From a virus (Duplodnaviria > Caudoviricetes): DNA of 40,953 nucleotides. The DNA lies in IMG/VR virus record IMGVR_UViG_3300037657_000056, positions 1 through 40,953 of that record; one strand, written 5' to 3'. A program made the translations under genes and the position numbers. Shown one piece after another: positions 7,921-17,185 of the stretch (position 1 is the first letter of the stretch; each line of letters starts with the position of its first letter). The notes under the pieces were generated by a model. That model was not told where the DNA came from and made no database searches. It saw nothing but the letters and a program-made list of their open reading frames with translations.

Positions 7921-8268
7921 ATGATCAAGACTTGGGAAGAGCAACTCAGCGAGACAGTGACGGCCACCCTCGAGTGCCGCGTGCGGCTGGAGGGCAAACA
8001 CGCGATAACGCGTCGCGAGGCAACGCCGGAGGACATCCGACGAGCGGGCTTCGTGGAATGTGACGCGGCCGAGGTCGCCCGCCTCACCGCGCAGTTGGAC
8101 GGGGAGCGAGCCGTGACAGAGCGGTACCTGGCGGAACGCAACCTCGCCCGTGAGGGCGAACAGGAGTACCAGGTCCTGTTGGACAAGGTCCGCTCGGCGC
8201 TGGGTGCGTCGGCGGGCGAGGACATCGTAGAGGCCGCGCATCGCGCGCGGAAGGGAGTGGCGAAATGA
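7921..8268 (+). CDS. hypothetical coiled-coil protein
   Basis: AAGGAG RBS; ATPED motif shared with the next gene (ATPDD). Confidence 0.7.
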   Translation: MIKTWEEQLSETVTATLECRVRLEGKHAITRREATPEDIRRAGFVECDAAEVARLTAQLDGERAVTERYLAERNLAREGEQEYQVLLDKVRSALGASAGEDIVEAAHRARKGVAK

Positions 8269-9392
8269 GCGAGATTGAATGGGAAGTTCCGGGGCCGCCC
8301 GCGCGTAACCGGCTCGTGGTGGACGAGCGCGTACGCAAGCCGTTCGAGGCTGGCGACTACCGGGCGGACATGCGCCCCGCCACCCCCGACGACCTACGCG
8401 CGGCGTGCGCGGCGGTGGGGTTGGTGGTTGGGGATGCCGAGGTGGACCAGCTGTTGGCCGCCCTCAACACGGCAGAAGCCGCCCTCGCCACCGAGAAAGC
8501 CCGCGCCGAGAAGGCGGAGGGGCTAGCGAAATCGGCGATGGCGTCTCACAAGGTCTCCAACGACCTCGCTGAGGATTGCATCAAGGAAGCCGAGAGCCTC
8601 CGCACCAAGCTTGCCGCGGCGGAGCTGCGTGCTGGCTCGGTTTCTACGTGCCTCGGCAAGGTGACCGAAGCGGCCAATGCCGCTGGCTGGAGCGAAGCGG
8701 CCAAGCCGATGACAGTGTGGGAGTTCATCACGCGCTTGGCCGAGGATCGCATCGCTTCGGAGAATGCGTCCGGCAAGCGCGAGAGCGACTTGCAGCGCCA
8801 GCTTGGTGACGCCCTGGAGCGCCTCTCCGCCCTCACCGCGCCGGTGGAGGGGGAGCCGACGTACACACTCCTGCGCGAAGCTTGGGAACAGGCACTTACT
8901 GGCGTGGAACCTCTCCGTGTTATCTACCGCCTCGGCGTCCAGCACGAGCGCGCCCGCCACCAGCCCACCGAGCCGCGGTGCGTGAAGTGCCGTGGCACTG
9001 GCACCGTGCGCATCAGCGAGGGCCACGGCGATTACGACGAGGTCCCGTGTGATGGGTGCAAGCGCACCGAGCCGCGGGCGACGGAGGAGGAGTTGTTCGG
9101 GGTTGCCGTCGACGCGTGGCCGTACCTCTCGGGCCACGAGGACGACCGCAAGGCGCTCCGCTCCGTAGCGCTCGCCGTCGCCGCCCGCGTCCGCCGCGAT
9201 CCTTGCCTCGTCGAGAGGGCGGTGGCGGGTGGCCAGGACCTGAGCGTCCAGCTCTACCGTTCGGGCTATTCGATCGAACTGACGCAAGTGGACACCAACG
9301 GTGACGACGGGGCGATGCGCTCAACGCGCAGCGTTGCGAAGGCGGACGTCGCCACCGTGCTCGCCGAGATGCTCGGGGAGGTGGGCGCGTGA
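8265..9392 (+). CDS. mosaic hypothetical protein with coiled coil and inserted CxxCxGxG Zn-finger
   Basis: CVKCRGTG...CDGC flanked by a repeated TEPR motif. Confidence 0.7.
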   Translation: MSEIEWEVPGPPARNRLVVDERVRKPFEAGDYRADMRPATPDDLRAACAAVGLVVGDAEVDQLLAALNTAEAALATEKARAEKAEGLAKSAMASHKVSNDLAEDCIKEAESLRTKLAAAELRAGSVSTCLGKVTEAANAAGWSEAAKPMTVWEFITRLAEDRIASENASGKRESDLQRQLGDALERLSALTAPVEGEPTYTLLREAWEQALTGVEPLRVIYRLGVQHERARHQPTEPRCVKCRGTGTVRISEGHGDYDEVPCDGCKRTEPRATEEELFGVAVDAWPYLSGHEDDRKALRSVALAVAARVRRDPCLVERAVAGGQDLSVQLYRSGYSIELTQVDTNGDDGAMRSTRSVAKADVATVLAEMLGEVGA

Positions 9393-9718
9393 GCGGCTAC
9401 GAAGCTGGTCGCCGCTGCGACTTGTGCGGCGCCGAATCGCCTTACGTGCCTGTATGCGGCGAGTGCGAGATGGCCCAACGCGCCGCCGCTGCGGCGGTGC
9501 GCGCCCACGCCGCCGGCTACGCGGAGGCGGTGGGGGATATTCGGCAGCTCGCACTCGACAACGCGAATCGCCTGTCTGGGCCCGAGATGGCCAAAGCGAA
9601 GAGTCGGGTGGTCAAGCGCGAAATCTGGGTTGCCGCTGACGCGCTTCTTGGACTGGTGACCGTGATTGACTGCGGCGCCCACGTCGGCGCGGCGAAGAAG
9701 GGAGTGAAAGATGTCTGA
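9389..9718 (+). CDS. hypothetical protein with N-terminal CxxC-CxxC
   Basis: GTGA overlap; CDLC..CGEC. Confidence 0.6.
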   Translation: MSGYEAGRRCDLCGAESPYVPVCGECEMAQRAAAAAVRAHAAGYAEAVGDIRQLALDNANRLSGPEMAKAKSRVVKREIWVAADALLGLVTVIDCGAHVGAAKKGVKDV

Positions 9719-10250
9719 CCGATGGGTAATTTCACACACCGGCAAGAAGGGCGGGCCGTGGGAGGACGCCATGACGGGCCGCGCAGGCACGCCGACCCAA
9801 AGACTCGCGAGCGCTGCGTTCGATGCGAGGGGCGAACTCAAGACCTTGCTCGTGTCGGTCCGTTTGCGCCACCCCCACGCCAAGGTCTTCCGCCTCGTGC
9901 GGCGGAGCAAGGTGAACGAGCGTTCGCGCCTCATCGCCAAGAGCCTATTGGGCGTAGCGATGGATCTCGGCTTGCTGGACAAGGCGGGTATCTACGCTCG
10001 CCTCGCATACATCGTCCACGGCATCAACGCCGACCTGCTGCCCAGCGACAGGGTGACGATGCCCGGCGCGCCTGACGACACCTCGCCCGAAGAGCGCGCG
10101 GTGGTGGAGGCGGCGTGCGTATGGGAAGAGGCGGACGGTTCTTTCGTCTCGAATCAAGACGAGCGCGAGACGAGGGCGCACCGCGTGGTCTCCGCGCGCG
10201 AAGCGTGTCTCGCCGCAGTCCGCGCCCTCCGCGCGAAGCGGGGTGGGTGA
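9711..10250 (+). CDS. hypothetical protein, block-mosaic paralog 1
   Basis: ISHTGKKGGPWE / HPHAKVFRLVRR / AVVEAA / VRALRAKR shared with 10869..11219. Confidence 0.75.
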   Translation: MSDRWVISHTGKKGGPWEDAMTGRAGTPTQRLASAAFDARGELKTLLVSVRLRHPHAKVFRLVRRSKVNERSRLIAKSLLGVAMDLGLLDKAGIYARLAYIVHGINADLLPSDRVTMPGAPDDTSPEERAVVEAACVWEEADGSFVSNQDERETRAHRVVSAREACLAAVRALRAKRGG

Positions 10251-10609
10251 TGCGGCTCGTAGACCTCGACCACCTCGAACGGCTGCATGCGGAGGCGACC
10301 AGCGGGGAGTGGCTAGGCCGCATGCATCCTCAGTACGGGTGGGCTATCGACGCCGCGCCATCCGAGGCCAGGCCTACCCCTGCAATCGGGATTGCGTTCA
10401 ACAACAACGGCAAGACAGGCATGGGCGATGGCGAATACATCGCCGCCACCCACAACGCCCTCCCCGCCCTCATCGCGGAGGTGCGGGCTTTGCGTAGCGT
10501 GGCGCGCCTGGCGAGCGAGATGACCGACCCTGGCGACGGCGCCGACCCTGCCGCTCGCGAAAAGTACTGGGAGATCCAGTACGCCATCCCGGAAGGGATC
10601 CGGGAATGA
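10250..10609 (+). CDS. Ea22/Ead-like phage protein
   Basis: LERL..EATSGEW...DGEYIAATHNALPALIAEVRALR resembles the ead/Ea22 pattern. Confidence 0.6.
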   Translation: MRLVDLDHLERLHAEATSGEWLGRMHPQYGWAIDAAPSEARPTPAIGIAFNNNGKTGMGDGEYIAATHNALPALIAEVRALRSVARLASEMTDPGDGADPAAREKYWEIQYAIPEGIRE

Positions 10610-10872
10610 CCGTCCGCATCACATGCAGCGTCGACCGCGGCGCCGGGCCAGGCCATTACGACTACGTCCACATCGCATACGGGGGCGTCTCATGCGGGAC
10701 CCTCGCGGTGCTCCACCCAGGCGGCCAGCTGGTCGCCGAGCGACTCTCCTCCTCGGTCCGCGACGCATTCGAGCGCAGGCTTCGGGCCTGCGCTGACGCG
10801 GTGTCTGACGCATGCGAGGAACCTGCACCTGACGACCTTTACGCGCTAGCGCGAGAAATGAGCAAGACATGA
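10606..10872 (+). CDS. hypothetical protein
   Basis: ATGA coupling in operon. Confidence 0.6.
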   Translation: MTVRITCSVDRGAGPGHYDYVHIAYGGVSCGTLAVLHPGGQLVAERLSSSVRDAFERRLRACADAVSDACEEPAPDDLYALAREMSKT

Positions 10873-11219
10873 TCAGATACGTCATCAGCCACACCGGCAA
10901 GAAGGGCGGGCCGTGGGAGGCGGACGCCGACACGAAATTTGGCGAACCCACGAGCGACCCGCAAAAGCGGTGGGCCAAACCTTTTCCCCGCATCGCCCAC
11001 CAGATATGCGCGCGACTACGCCGCTTTGGCCACCCCCACGCCAAGGTCTTCCGCCTCGTGCGGCGGTCTCGGCCCTCGCTGACAGCCGAAGAGCTCGCGG
11101 TGGTGGAGGCGGCGGTGCTGCTGGTCGAGTGCGGCGCTGCCGCGGTCGGGGGAAGTGGCGCGCTGACTTCCCTCGCTGCCAAAGTCCGCGCCCTCCGCGC
11201 GAAGAGGGTTGGCAAATGA
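10869..11219 (+). CDS. hypothetical protein, block-mosaic paralog 2
   Basis: Four conserved blocks shared with 9711..10250. Confidence 0.75.
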   Translation: MIRYVISHTGKKGGPWEADADTKFGEPTSDPQKRWAKPFPRIAHQICARLRRFGHPHAKVFRLVRRSRPSLTAEELAVVEAAVLLVECGAAAVGGSGALTSLAAKVRALRAKRVGK

Positions 11220-12058
11220 GCCAGGCCCTCGCCCTCACCCGCGACAAATACACCGCCCTCTCCGGCATGCTCGAGGGGCAGCGCGCCAAGCTGGGCGCGG
11301 TCATCCCAGCCGCCATGGCCGGCATGACCCCTTCGCGCGCCATCGCAGTGGTCCTCGACGCCTGCTCGCGGACTCCCGCGCTTCTCGAGTGCGACCCACG
11401 CACCATCGTTCGCGCGTGCGTCCAGGCCGCGGAGGTGGGCCTCGAGTTGGGGAGCCCGCTCGGCGAGGCGTACATCGTGCCCTTTTTCAACTCGCGCAGG
11501 AACGTGAAGGAGGCGCAGTTCATTCCCGGTTACCGCGGCCTTATCAAGCTGATGAGCCTCGATCAAAGCGTGTCCTACGTCGCGGCGGAGCTCGTTCGCG
11601 AGGGCGACACGTTCGACTACGAACTAGGCACTACCCCGCGCATCGTCCACAAGCCCGGCATGGGCGCGACGCGGAACCGCGGGGAGGTCACCGCGGCGTA
11701 CTCGGTAATCCACTACCGGCACGGCGGCGTGCCCGCGTTCACGGTGATGGACCGCGAGGAGCTGGACAAGCTGGAGCACGACGCGAAGAAGAAGGACAAA
11801 TACAAGTCAGGGCCGTGGTGGCATCACACCGACGAGATGCGCCGCAAGTGCCCTATTCGGCGCATGTCCAAGACGGCGCGCGTCAGCCTGCACGATCCGG
11901 CGCTTCTCTCGCGAGCCATCGAGGCGGACGAGATCGCAGACGCTCGCATCGATGGCCGCGTGGCAGAGGGGTTTGCGGGTCGTCGCGCCGCGGAGATGCG
12001 GGCGATGGTCGGCGCGGGGGATAAAGCAGTGCCCACTACGGGCGAGGAGGTGGAGTGA
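11216..12058 (+). CDS. recT: RecT-family single-strand annealing protein
   Basis: P.LLECDP.TI, GLE...LGEAYIVPF, AQFIPGYRGLI, VREGDTF.YELG, GPW..H.DEM.RK..IRR..K. Confidence 0.93.
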   Translation: MSQALALTRDKYTALSGMLEGQRAKLGAVIPAAMAGMTPSRAIAVVLDACSRTPALLECDPRTIVRACVQAAEVGLELGSPLGEAYIVPFFNSRRNVKEAQFIPGYRGLIKLMSLDQSVSYVAAELVREGDTFDYELGTTPRIVHKPGMGATRNRGEVTAAYSVIHYRHGGVPAFTVMDREELDKLEHDAKKKDKYKSGPWWHHTDEMRRKCPIRRMSKTARVSLHDPALLSRAIEADEIADARIDGRVAEGFAGRRAAEMRAMVGAGDKAVPTTGEEVE

Positions 12059-12240
12059 TGGACACGACCCTAATGACCGCCGCGGTAGCCCTCATTGCCG
12101 CCCTCCGCCATCGCCGCCTCGTATGCCCCGCATGCCGCCGCGACGTGGCCGAGGGATGCTCCGCCGCGTGCGAGTTGCGGGCCCTCGAGCGGGTCGTGGA
12201 CGCGACGTTGGACGAGCGAGTTTTGGCGGTGCGCCCATGA
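12058..12240 (+). CDS. small Cys-rich hypothetical protein
   Basis: TGATG coupling. Confidence 0.5.
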   Translation: MDTTLMTAAVALIAALRHRRLVCPACRRDVAEGCSAACELRALERVVDATLDERVLAVRP

Positions 12241-12458
12241 CGCCAAAAGAAGTGTTTGACGCGTGCCAACACGCGATCGAGGCAGGCCATTTATATATGG
12301 TCCTGACCATCCCAAGGCGCACCGGCCGTCGCTCGGCGCGCGTGCGCGTGATGCCTGGGGTCATGGGTCGTTCGATAGGCGATGTGCATAACGGGCGCCT
12401 GCTCGTTGACGTCAAGGTGGCCGACGTTATGGCCGCCCTCGCCAAGGTGATGCCATGA
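12237..12458 (+). CDS. hypothetical protein (MTPKEVFDAC...)
   Basis: ATGA overlaps. Confidence 0.55.
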   Translation: MTPKEVFDACQHAIEAGHLYMVLTIPRRTGRRSARVRVMPGVMGRSIGDVHNGRLLVDVKVADVMAALAKVMP

Positions 12459-12979
12459 CCGCGCCCAAGGCGAACTGGAACGGCGGCACCATGTCACGAC
12501 TGGAGACGGCGCACCTCGGCGGCACGTGCCGCGTGTGCGCCCTCCCCGTCGAGGCGCGGACCCCCGCGTGGATGGTGCCCTGGGTGCTCGGCCTGGCGCA
12601 CGAGGCGTGCGGGTGGCTCCGCCCCGAGGAGTACGCGGTGCACGTCGTCGAGGCGGACCGCTCGCGTTGGTGGTGCTGGCGCTGCCCCACGTGCGGGCAG
12701 GACGCGACGCGCACGTCACCCCCGCGCGAGGGTGACCCGATGGAGTGCCGACGCTGCTACGCCCCCGCGCTGGCCGTTGGCTCGCTGGTCGAGGCGCGCG
12801 CGGTGGGCCTTCGTGCCATCGCGGGCAAGCAACAGCGCAGCGCGTACGTGTGGCCCGGTGACCGCGGGCTCGTGCGCACGGTGGACGGGGAGCGGCTGGT
12901 GGTGGACTGGGAACGGACGGAGAAGAGGGGCCCCGCGGCGACGCGGGCGAATGCAACGGAAGTGAGGGTAATCCGATGA
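12455..12979 (+). CDS. Zn-finger-containing hypothetical protein
   Basis: CRVC..HEAC and CPTC..CRRC. Confidence 0.65.
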   Translation: MTAPKANWNGGTMSRLETAHLGGTCRVCALPVEARTPAWMVPWVLGLAHEACGWLRPEEYAVHVVEADRSRWWCWRCPTCGQDATRTSPPREGDPMECRRCYAPALAVGSLVEARAVGLRAIAGKQQRSAYVWPGDRGLVRTVDGERLVVDWERTEKRGPAATRANATEVRVIR

Positions 12980-13203
12980 CCGACCGCGACAACAACGCGC
13001 CACGCACGCGCGGACTACGCAGACCCACGGCGACGGCGGGCACGTACGCCATTCTCGACCGCGAGACGGGGCGGCCGTACCTGGACATGGGCTTTGCATC
13101 GGAGGGCGACGCGAACGACCTCCGGCGCGACCTGATGCGGCACTACCCGTTCAAGTCCCGATGGCGTCGCCGCATCTACGTGGCGCGGGTGGGTGAGCCA
13201 TGA
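12976..13203 (+). CDS. hypothetical protein
   Basis: ATGA overlaps. Confidence 0.55.
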   Translation: MTDRDNNAPRTRGLRRPTATAGTYAILDRETGRPYLDMGFASEGDANDLRRDLMRHYPFKSRWRRRIYVARVGEP

Positions 13204-13505
13204 GCGCCCCGGACCATCGGCCCTACCTCGTCGAGACCGACCTCCGCACGGCGGAGGATGTGCTTGCGTGGCTCGACGCGCGCGCGGCCTTCGCTCGCGA
13301 CCGAGACGAACGTGAGCGCCGACAGGCGTGTCGGAGGGGGGCGCGTTCCATGGCGCGGGGCGCGTCTCACGCGAGACGCATGCAAAGGCTTCGACTTAGG
13401 GACTGTAGCGCCCACGGCGAAGTGGACGCTAGGGCCTGGCACGAAGAGCGCGTGGCGTGCATCCGACGCGCCCTCGCCTTCCGCGCCGCTGCGAGGACGC
13501 CATGA
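13200..13505 (+). CDS. hypothetical basic protein
   Basis: ATGA overlaps. Confidence 0.5.
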   Translation: MSAPDHRPYLVETDLRTAEDVLAWLDARAAFARDRDERERRQACRRGARSMARGASHARRMQRLRLRDCSAHGEVDARAWHEERVACIRRALAFRAAARTP

Positions 13506-13645
13506 GCGGCTGGGACCTCTTCCTATTCGGCTGCATCGTCGCCCTCTACGTGCGCACGCAGTGGCAGGCTGATACGATAGCGGCGATGGCAAGGGAACTG
13601 GACATGGTGCACTCGAGGCACGAGAGGGAAGACGATGGCCGATGA
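13502..13645 (+). CDS. small membrane protein
   Basis: N-terminal hydrophobic LFLFGCIVALYV. Confidence 0.5.
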   Translation: MSGWDLFLFGCIVALYVRTQWQADTIAAMARELDMVHSRHEREDDGR

Positions 13646-13769
13646 CAAGCGCGCCCGCGCCCTCGCGATGCTGCGCCAGGGACGCTCGAGGTTGCAGGTG
13701 TGCCAACTCCTCGGGGTCGACCCGGGGCAGTTGTCGCGGTGGGTGCTGGAGGACAGGAGGACGAAATGA
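13635..13769 (+). CDS. 44-aa stand-alone helix-turn-helix protein (MADDKRARALAMLRQGRSRLQVCQLLGVDPGQLSRWV...)
   Basis: Hand-translated; G.S..QV...LGV....LSRW HTH pattern; ATGA coupling to the next gene. Confidence 0.65.
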   Translation: MADDKRARALAMLRQGRSRLQVCQLLGVDPGQLSRWVLEDRRTK

Positions 13770-14035
13770 CCGAGTGGACGAAAGAGGAAGTGTACGACGC
13801 CGAGATCAACCCGCTGATGGCCAAGATAATCGCCATCTGCAAGGAGCACCGGATACCGCTCGTGGCTCAATTCAACTACGCGAACGAAGGCGACGCCGGC
13901 CCGGCCTTCTGTACTACCGTGCTTCCCGCATCCTCGTTCGGTCGCGACGATGGCGGCCAGAGCGTGCGCATGGCGCAGACCGCGCGACCACCGTCGGAGT
14001 TCGCCGCGTTCACCATCCATCAGGGGCCGAGATGA
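13766..14035 (+). CDS. conserved-looking phage hypothetical protein (KEEVYDAEINPLMAKIIAICKEHRIP)
   Basis: AGGAGG RBS; coupled. Confidence 0.7.
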   Translation: MTEWTKEEVYDAEINPLMAKIIAICKEHRIPLVAQFNYANEGDAGPAFCTTVLPASSFGRDDGGQSVRMAQTARPPSEFAAFTIHQGPR

Positions 14036-14388
14036 CCGACGAGAAAGCCGCACGCTACGCCGACGACGCGAACGTTCCGCCCGAACGGGAGCACGACACC
14101 CACGAGTCCGAGACGTTGCTGCCCGCCCCGCCGAGCGAGGGGGCGATGGTGATGATGGACGATGACGACGACCCCACCGGGGAAGTGATCTCGGTGCGGG
14201 GAAACCTGAACGATCGCCTGCCTACGATCGTGGTGGACCCCGCCCACGTCACCGACATCATGGACGACATGATCACCTGGCTCGGAGGGAGCAGATGGCG
14301 GCGCGCAGGCCCGGGGTACCCGTACCAACTGGTGGGCCGTGCTAGTAAACCGCATGGCCCCCCGCCGCAAACCGAGCCGAACGACTGA
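14032..14388 (+). CDS. acidic hypothetical protein upstream of terminase
   Basis: ATGA overlap; position only. Confidence 0.5.
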   Translation: MTDEKAARYADDANVPPEREHDTHESETLLPAPPSEGAMVMMDDDDDPTGEVISVRGNLNDRLPTIVVDPAHVTDIMDDMITWLGGSRWRRAGPGYPYQLVGRASKPHGPPPQTEPND

Positions 14389-15787
14389 ACTGAACTTCGA
14401 CGACGTCACCGAAAACCCGAAGGCGCCAACGCTCGATGAGGAGCTTTGGCGCCTTCCGCTTTTGGAGTGGATCGAGGCGGTCGGCGAGACCTACAACGCG
14501 CCCACGCACCTCGCTCCCATCGCCGAGCTGATCGAGCGTGCCGAGCGGCGTGAGGGGGACCTGCGCTTCGTATGCGACGCGCCCGTGCAGCACGGCAAGA
14601 CGAGCATCCTCGAGTGGGGCATCGCGTGGATCCTCCTCCGCCACCCCGAGCGGGCGATGATGTACCTCACCTACGACGTGCGGAAAGCGGAGAAGCACTC
14701 GCGCCGCATCCGTGCAATCTACACGCGCTTCGGCGGGCAGATCAAACCGGACTTCAACACGATCCACCAGTGGGAAACACCGGAGGGAGGCGGCCTCCTC
14801 GCGACCTCTTGCGACGGCGACATCACCGGCAACCCAGCGGCGCACGTGTTCCTCGACGACCCGTACAAAAACGCGGAGGAGGCCGAGGACGCCGAGAACC
14901 GCGAGCGGATCGAGGAGAAGTTCGCGAACGAGATTCTCACCCGCATGGCCCCCCTCGGCTCGATCGGCATCGTAGCCAGTCGCTGGGTGGAGGAGGACCT
15001 ATCGGGCAAAAAGATCGCAGAGGGGTACGAGCACGTCCACCTCGAGGCCATCCGCGTGGACGAGTCCGGCGAGGAGCATGCCCTCTGTCCGTGGGGCCCT
15101 GACAAGACGGCTCCGCGCACGCTCGAATGGCTGCGCGGGGTGCGCACAGCGTTGGTCGACGCGGGGCGCGAATCCACGTGGTGGAGCCTCTACCAGGGCA
15201 AGCCGATGCCCAAGGGGAGCGGCCTGTTCACCGACGCGACCATGACCGAGACCATCCCCACGATCACCCGCTACGCGTGGGGTGTTGACCTCGCGTTCTC
15301 GGCGGGCTCGAAGGGCGACCGGACCGCCGTCGTGCTCCTCGGCCTCGGCGTGGACGGCATCGTCTACGTCCTGCTCGTGTGGTCCTCGCGCGTCGGCGTG
15401 GTCGAGGCCGCGCCCACCATGCTCGGTCTGTTCGCGATGCACCCCGAGGCACCCATCGCCGCGTACGCGAGCGGCCCCGAAGTCGGCTCGTATCACTCCC
15501 TCGCGACGGACCGCCCGCCCATCCTCGTCGAGGTGATGGGTGCACGATACAACAAATACGTGAGGGCCAAGCGCACGGCGGCCCGCTGGAGTCAAGGCAA
15601 GATTCGCGTCCCCACCGGGCGCCCGTGGGGCCCTGCCTTCGTGCGATGCGTCAAGGGGTTCACGGGCGCGGACGGCGGACAGGACGACGAGGTTGACGCG
15701 TTCGTCGCGGCACACGACCGGCTCATGGTCGGGTCCGTTGGCACATCCGGGCGCAACTCGTGGACCTTCGGAGCCCGCAGAATGTGA
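14354..15787 (+). CDS. terminase large subunit
   Basis: APVQHGKT (Walker A), VFLDDPYK (Walker B), ASRW..EDL, GVDLAF and DDEVDA nuclease motifs. Confidence 0.92.
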   Translation: MAPRRKPSRTTELNFDDVTENPKAPTLDEELWRLPLLEWIEAVGETYNAPTHLAPIAELIERAERREGDLRFVCDAPVQHGKTSILEWGIAWILLRHPERAMMYLTYDVRKAEKHSRRIRAIYTRFGGQIKPDFNTIHQWETPEGGGLLATSCDGDITGNPAAHVFLDDPYKNAEEAEDAENRERIEEKFANEILTRMAPLGSIGIVASRWVEEDLSGKKIAEGYEHVHLEAIRVDESGEEHALCPWGPDKTAPRTLEWLRGVRTALVDAGRESTWWSLYQGKPMPKGSGLFTDATMTETIPTITRYAWGVDLAFSAGSKGDRTAVVLLGLGVDGIVYVLLVWSSRVGVVEAAPTMLGLFAMHPEAPIAAYASGPEVGSYHSLATDRPPILVEVMGARYNKYVRAKRTAARWSQGKIRVPTGRPWGPAFVRCVKGFTGADGGQDDEVDAFVAAHDRLMVGSVGTSGRNSWTFGARRM

Positions 15788-15829
15788 CGCTTGCGCGCAG
15801 TGTGCCAACACGCTACGACGTCTTGGCAC

Positions 15830-17185
15830 ATGGTGGCACGCGTCAACGACCCGCTGTCCGGCCCCGGAGTGACTCGCGTCACCCCTGCGCCGCCCGTGGT
15901 CTATGACGCGTACGGCAAACAGTACCAGGCGCCGCGCCCGCCAGTCGCCGACCGTTCCAAGGCCGGCGTCCTCTACCGTGACCTCCCCGTCGTAACGACC
16001 GGGCTCGACTGGCTCCAAGGCGAGGACCCGGTGACCGCCGTTCGTGAGGCTCTCGAGGCGCACATGGCCGGGCAGTTCTCCGCGAGCGCGCTCCTTTGGG
16101 ACGCGATGAGCGGCGACGACCGGATCCACGCGGCTCTCGGCTCGCGCGTCGGCGCGCTGTTCGGGTTGCCCACCGTCATCACCTGCGAGGACGAGGGCAT
16201 CCTCACCGCGTGGGAGACGGCATGGGCCGCGTGCGCGCCCCCCGCCGTCCAGGCGGACGTTAAGCGCTGGGTCCACGGCATGGGATTTTGTATCTCGGAA
16301 CTCCGCTGGGACACCGAGGTCACGCCGTGGCAGCCCTACATTCACGTCTGGCACCCGACGTATTCGCGGTACGACACGTTCACCCGCACGTACCGCGTGA
16401 TGACGATGGACGGCGAGATGGAGGTCACCCCCGGCGACGGGCGGTGGTTCCTGCATGCGCCGTACGGAGCCGACCGCGGATGGCTTTGGGGCGCCGTTCG
16501 CCCGCTCGCGCTGCCCTGGATGCTGCGCCAGTTCGCCTATCGCGACTGGGCACGATACTCCGAGCGGCACGGCATGCCGATGATCCTCGCCCACGTCCCG
16601 ATGGTGGGCGACGAGAGCGACAAAGACGAGTTCACCTCCGCCCTCCGCACGATGGGCAATGAGGCCGTTGTGCGCCTCCCCCGCGGCATCGACGGGCAGG
16701 ACTTCGACCTCGACCTCCTCGAGGCGACCGCCAACACGTGGCAGGGGTTCCTTTCGCTCATCGCCAAGTGCGACACCGCGATCACGCTCACGCTCCAGTG
16801 GCAGAACCTCACGACCGAGATCAAAGAAGGCTCCGAGGCCGCCGCTCGCGTCCACGCCGACGTCAAACAGACGGCCGTGGAGTTCGACGATCGCACCCTC
16901 GCGTGGGACGTGCAGACGCAGATCGCCAGGGTGTGGGTCGAATGGAACTACGGCGCAGGCAGCCCTGTCCCCCTCACGCGCCACGACACCAGCGTGACCG
17001 AGGACCACGAGGCCGCTGCGAAGGTCCTCGAGTCCCTCTCGCGATCCGTGGCCAGCTTCGCGTCCGGCGGAGTGCAGGTGGACGCGGTGGAACTCGCACG
17101 CGCATACGGCGTGCGGCTCCCCGTCATCGCGCAAGCGCCGCCTCCGGGCCTCGCGCCGGCCCCGACGGAGCCCGCAGCGCCATGA
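15830..17185 (+). CDS. portal protein, DUF935 / Mu gp29-like
   Basis: RDWARYSERHGMP, LxQNLTTE..GS.AAARVH..V motifs; directly after terminase. Confidence 0.88.
   Translation: MVARVNDPLSGPGVTRVTPAPPVVYDAYGKQYQAPRPPVADRSKAGVLYRDLPVVTTGLDWLQGEDPVTAVREALEAHMAGQFSASALLWDAMSGDDRIHAALGSRVGALFGLPTVITCEDEGILTAWETAWAACAPPAVQADVKRWVHGMGFCISELRWDTEVTPWQPYIHVWHPTYSRYDTFTRTYRVMTMDGEMEVTPGDGRWFLHAPYGADRGWLWGAVRPLALPWMLRQFAYRDWARYSERHGMPMILAHVPMVGDESDKDEFTSALRTMGNEAVVRLPRGIDGQDFDLDLLEATANTWQGFLSLIAKCDTAITLTLQWQNLTTEIKEGSEAAARVHADVKQTAVEFDDRTLAWDVQTQIARVWVEWNYGAGSPVPLTRHDTSVTEDHEAAAKVLESLSRSVASFASGGVQVDAVELARAYGVRLPVIAQAPPPGLAPAPTEPAAP

Noticed and set aside
9735-11204. CRISPR-like repeat-spacer array or DGR TR/VR pair
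   Set aside because: Each block occurs only twice, is protein-coding, and the differences are not adenine-specific; no cas or RT genes
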